NCBI RefSeq assembly: GCF_009914755.1
Contig: NC_060947.1
Reading direction: 5' to 3' (one strand)
From: the human T2T-CHM13v2.0 reference genome, Homo sapiens
Length of the DNA stretch: 64,000 bases
The first letter of the stretch is position 1, and the number at the start of each line of letters is the position of its first letter. The notes under the pieces were generated by a model. The model had not been told where the DNA came from. It saw nothing but the letters and a program-made list of their open reading frames with translations, and searched no databases. This document shows positions 60,772 through 64,000 of this stretch, in pieces. Position numbers and translations under genes: made by a program.

Positions 60772-63434
60772 AAAATCATACATTTATGGTCAACTAATCA
60801 TCCCAAGTCTCACACTGAGATACACAGAGCCTAAAGAGGGACAAGGGAAATCTTTCTTGGCATTGCATAGGTCCTCCTCCCTACTTCCTCCCTAACTCCC
60901 AGCCCTGGAGCAGAACTGCTTCTCAAAGCTGACCTGGCCTCCTTCCCTCTCTTCTTTCCCTGGGTTGTCCAGATCTAAGAGTGATATTATCCCTCTACTG
61001 CTCTCAAACATGGCTCCTGACCTCTCCCTTTATATCTCATGATTGATGGTCCTTGAGAGTTTCCCTGGCTTCCTGTCCCTTCTTCTCTACCAGTGTCTCA
61101 TGCATGAACCCACAATGGTAGGAAGGATCAGGGAGCATGGAGGGAGAAGAGGAAGGCAAAGAAAACAAGAATGAGAATGGGAGGGCTTTGCTGTTGAGCT
61201 AAGAACAGAAGTTTGTAGGTAGCCCCCTCCTTTAAATGAGGAACAGCTTCCTCCCCAACATGGTCATCACCATGCCCACCTACCTGCCATTTAGTGTTTT
61301 TCAAGGATTAAAGGGGAAGTAGCAAGGAGAGCCTTTAAATTACTTGACAGAAGACTAGGCCATGATTCCGTTTTGTTTATTCTTCTCTCCCCAACTCTGC
61401 CTTTCCACTCTCAGTTATTGTGCCCATTCCTCTGGGAATAGTGGAACACAATAACACTCACTACACCCTGTCTTTGGGCCCCTCCTCCTCTCCTTCCCTG
61501 AAAGAATGGAAGTGGCAAAGTGGCAGGAGCAGGATTGGCCTGTGGCAGACAGAACAAGGCAATAAAGGAGGAAGAGGTTTCTTGGGAGTGGAGAAGGAGC
61601 TAGAAGGAACCCAAAAAGGCCCATGGGTAGAAACCATGTCATTGTTTGCTGGGAGGGAAAAGGTGGAGACCTGAGTCTGGCACAGGGTAGGCTTGACCCA
61701 CTCACATGCTCTTGTGTCTCATCCACAGCAAGCAATGGCATTCGGCTCCCTGAGTCCCTGACTTCCAATCTCAGTCCTCACAAATGCACACAAGTGGAAA
61801 AAGCCTGCTAAACTCTGCTCTCCTAGACCCTTTCTTATCTTTCTCTGCTCAGCTCATCTTCTCTGGGAGCACAGAGACTGGAAAACGAGTTCATACCCCC
61901 TCACACTTGGTTCAGTTCTTCAGTTCCATCTCTGTCTGTGGGATCAAGAATTGGAGCATTCTGCCTCTTCACTCTGTCCCATGAATGAATAATCTGTCCA
62001 TTTCTCCAGTTCCTGAGCTTTTGTATGCTGCCTTTCTCTTGTGTCCTCAGAAAGGCAATGGAGCTCATGTCTATTAGCCATGTACTGAGAAGGTGGTGGG
62101 CAGTTATGCAATAGAATGACATCTCTTCCCTTTATCTCATTCTGCCATTTATTTCCTTACTTCCCATATCTCCATGGACATACATTTCTCCTCTTTTTCT
62201 GAGTTGGCAAGGGATGACATGAGTAGTCAGGATGCACGGGGAATGTGGCCCTAGGAGACTGTGTCAGAGGGCTGAAGGGCAGACTGGGCACTAATGAGTC
62301 AGCCAGGAGCACTGATTTCTAGATCCTGTTCCACAACCTCAGGGATGAGAATGTGCTTTTTCCTGGGGCCCTTGTATTCAAATGATGGTGGAGTATCTGA
62401 ACTTGGAATAACAAATCCCAGTTCTCTGTTTCTGCTCAGACCCATCTAAAGGCAGTCACTTCCTGCCACTTGCCTTAAATAATTGATCTCTCAAATAGAA
62501 CCCATGTTCCCTGCTCTCAAACCCTGCTGATAATGATGCCAGTGTAGATGAGGACCTGCACGATAAGCTTTGAAGGTAACAGGTATTATAACAGGGGTAA
62601 GCAGCTTTAGGAAAGTGGAGTGCTCTTTTGCTGACTTGTTCTGGGGGACTTTGCTGATTCTCATGAGTATAACTGCTGGGTCCATTGACCTAGTACATCC
62701 TTGAATTTTTTAGTTAACCTCCCTTCTTTATAAAAGCTACATGAATAAATTTATTTGAATGGTGGTATGATAGCAGCTATCCAGGATGCTAGCAAACATG
62801 GATTCACACAAAGAGAATGGAGTCCTCTGCAGGAATTTGAATTTCCCATTTTAGTTTCAAGGGCACAATCTCAGATCATTCTAGGAGGAGGGGTGGTGAG
62901 GCAGTCATAGTCTCCAAGCCTTTGGGAATATGAGATCCTTTCCTCCCAGGTCACTTCCTCCTTTTGGCTTAGCACTTTCATTCTTTTTAGTCGCCATTAT
63001 GTGCAGTCACCTCTTTCCTCTTTCATTTCTACTTTATTGGCTTGAGGATGCACCTAGTAGCATAAATACTGTCCACAAAAATTCCACCCCTAGCCATCAC
63101 CTCCCCTCCATTTTCAGGAATCTCAAGTTGAGGGTTTGTAGTATATTTTGGTTTTGTTACTCATGAGCAGTATAGCTAGCTGAATTGGGACATCAGTGTA
63201 TTGTTTCAGGCTGACTAGAGAGGAGCACCTCTAGAACCAAATGAATGTCATGCCAGAAGGCTACCATTCTGACCATCATTAGTGGGCCTAAAAACCAGCT
63301 AGAAATGATGGAAAACTCATTAATGAAGAATGCTTAAAAGCTGGGCAAGTAGACAAAGCTTATTTTCTTTTCTAAATAACTAGGTGAAGGAAGAATGAAG
63401 AAAGTTCCAAATGTTTAGGAAACACCAAATGTGG

Positions 63435-63545
63435 CCAATCATTGTGTCAGACATGCTCACATGTGTGCATTTAATCCTCACAGTAGCCCTAAGAAGTAGG
63501 AATTATAATCCTCATTTTATAAATTTGGAAACAGGCTTAGAACGG
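63435..63545 (-). mobile_element. MIR fragment
   Basis: catttaatcctcacagtagccctaagaagtaggaattataatcctcattttata...ggaaacaggcttag. Confidence 0.7.
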
Positions 63546-64000
63546 TCTCTTGGTGGAAAAAATATCTGAAGACATCCATTTCAAAAAAGCAAACATTGGC
63601 CATTTCTGAGTGATTTGGTAACAAAGTTTTGTTTATTGTCTAAATTTAAGATAAAATGTGTCATTTTCATTACGAAGTACAATTTTATGGAATACTAAAT
63701 AAACATATATAAATAAGCCTTGGCCAACATTATAAACCAGGATCTGACATAGATATAAATCCATGCCTTCCAACTTCCCTTGACGTCACATTATCTTCTC
63801 TTAAGAGATAGTCACTTTGGCTAATAGGGAAAAGAAAACCAGTAACATCAGAAAACAATTTCCATCTGGCCTGGCTCTGACTGGCATCATCACTCTGAGC
63901 CATATGCCTTACTTTGCTCTGACACTTCAGGATGTTCCCTCCTGGTATCAGCTGTGCACCAAAGCTAAAAGTTCACAAGGCTCTCCTTGCCATTCTCAAT

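Noticed and set aside
63600-64000. Possible 3'UTR end of a minus-strand neighbour (ZNF75D) with AATAAA at 63637-63632 and a CRE at 63781-63788
   Set aside because: No coding sequence in the window supports it; the idea rests only on recalled locus context.

Overview
Primate (very likely human) genomic DNA, repeat-dense and L1-rich. The one recognisable intact gene is a 59-aa embryonic testis differentiation (ETD) microprotein exon at 31096-31275 (+), which matches my recollection of ETDA/ETDB and suggests Xq26.3. The most notable observation is a second, much more diverged ETD-family gene on the opposite strand (27070-26771). It keeps the homologous splice acceptor, 5'UTR, start context, open frame and poly(A) signal, but the ancestral stop is replaced by CAA, giving 99 aa. 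The two genes sit head-to-head around a candidate bidirectional promoter (X-box-like palindrome plus CCAAT, about 29780-29820) with an outward-facing splice donor on each side. The window also holds a decayed ZNF449-like zinc-finger exon, an 84-bp relic of ETD intron sequence 19.6 kb upstream, and a complex local duplication with template-switch hairpins. The rest is mostly mobile elements: Tigger1, two full-length L1PA copies, a nested L1MA, two L1 3' transductions, Alus, MaLR/ERV LTRs and MIRs. Repeat subfamily names come from recalled consensus sequences, not from a search.
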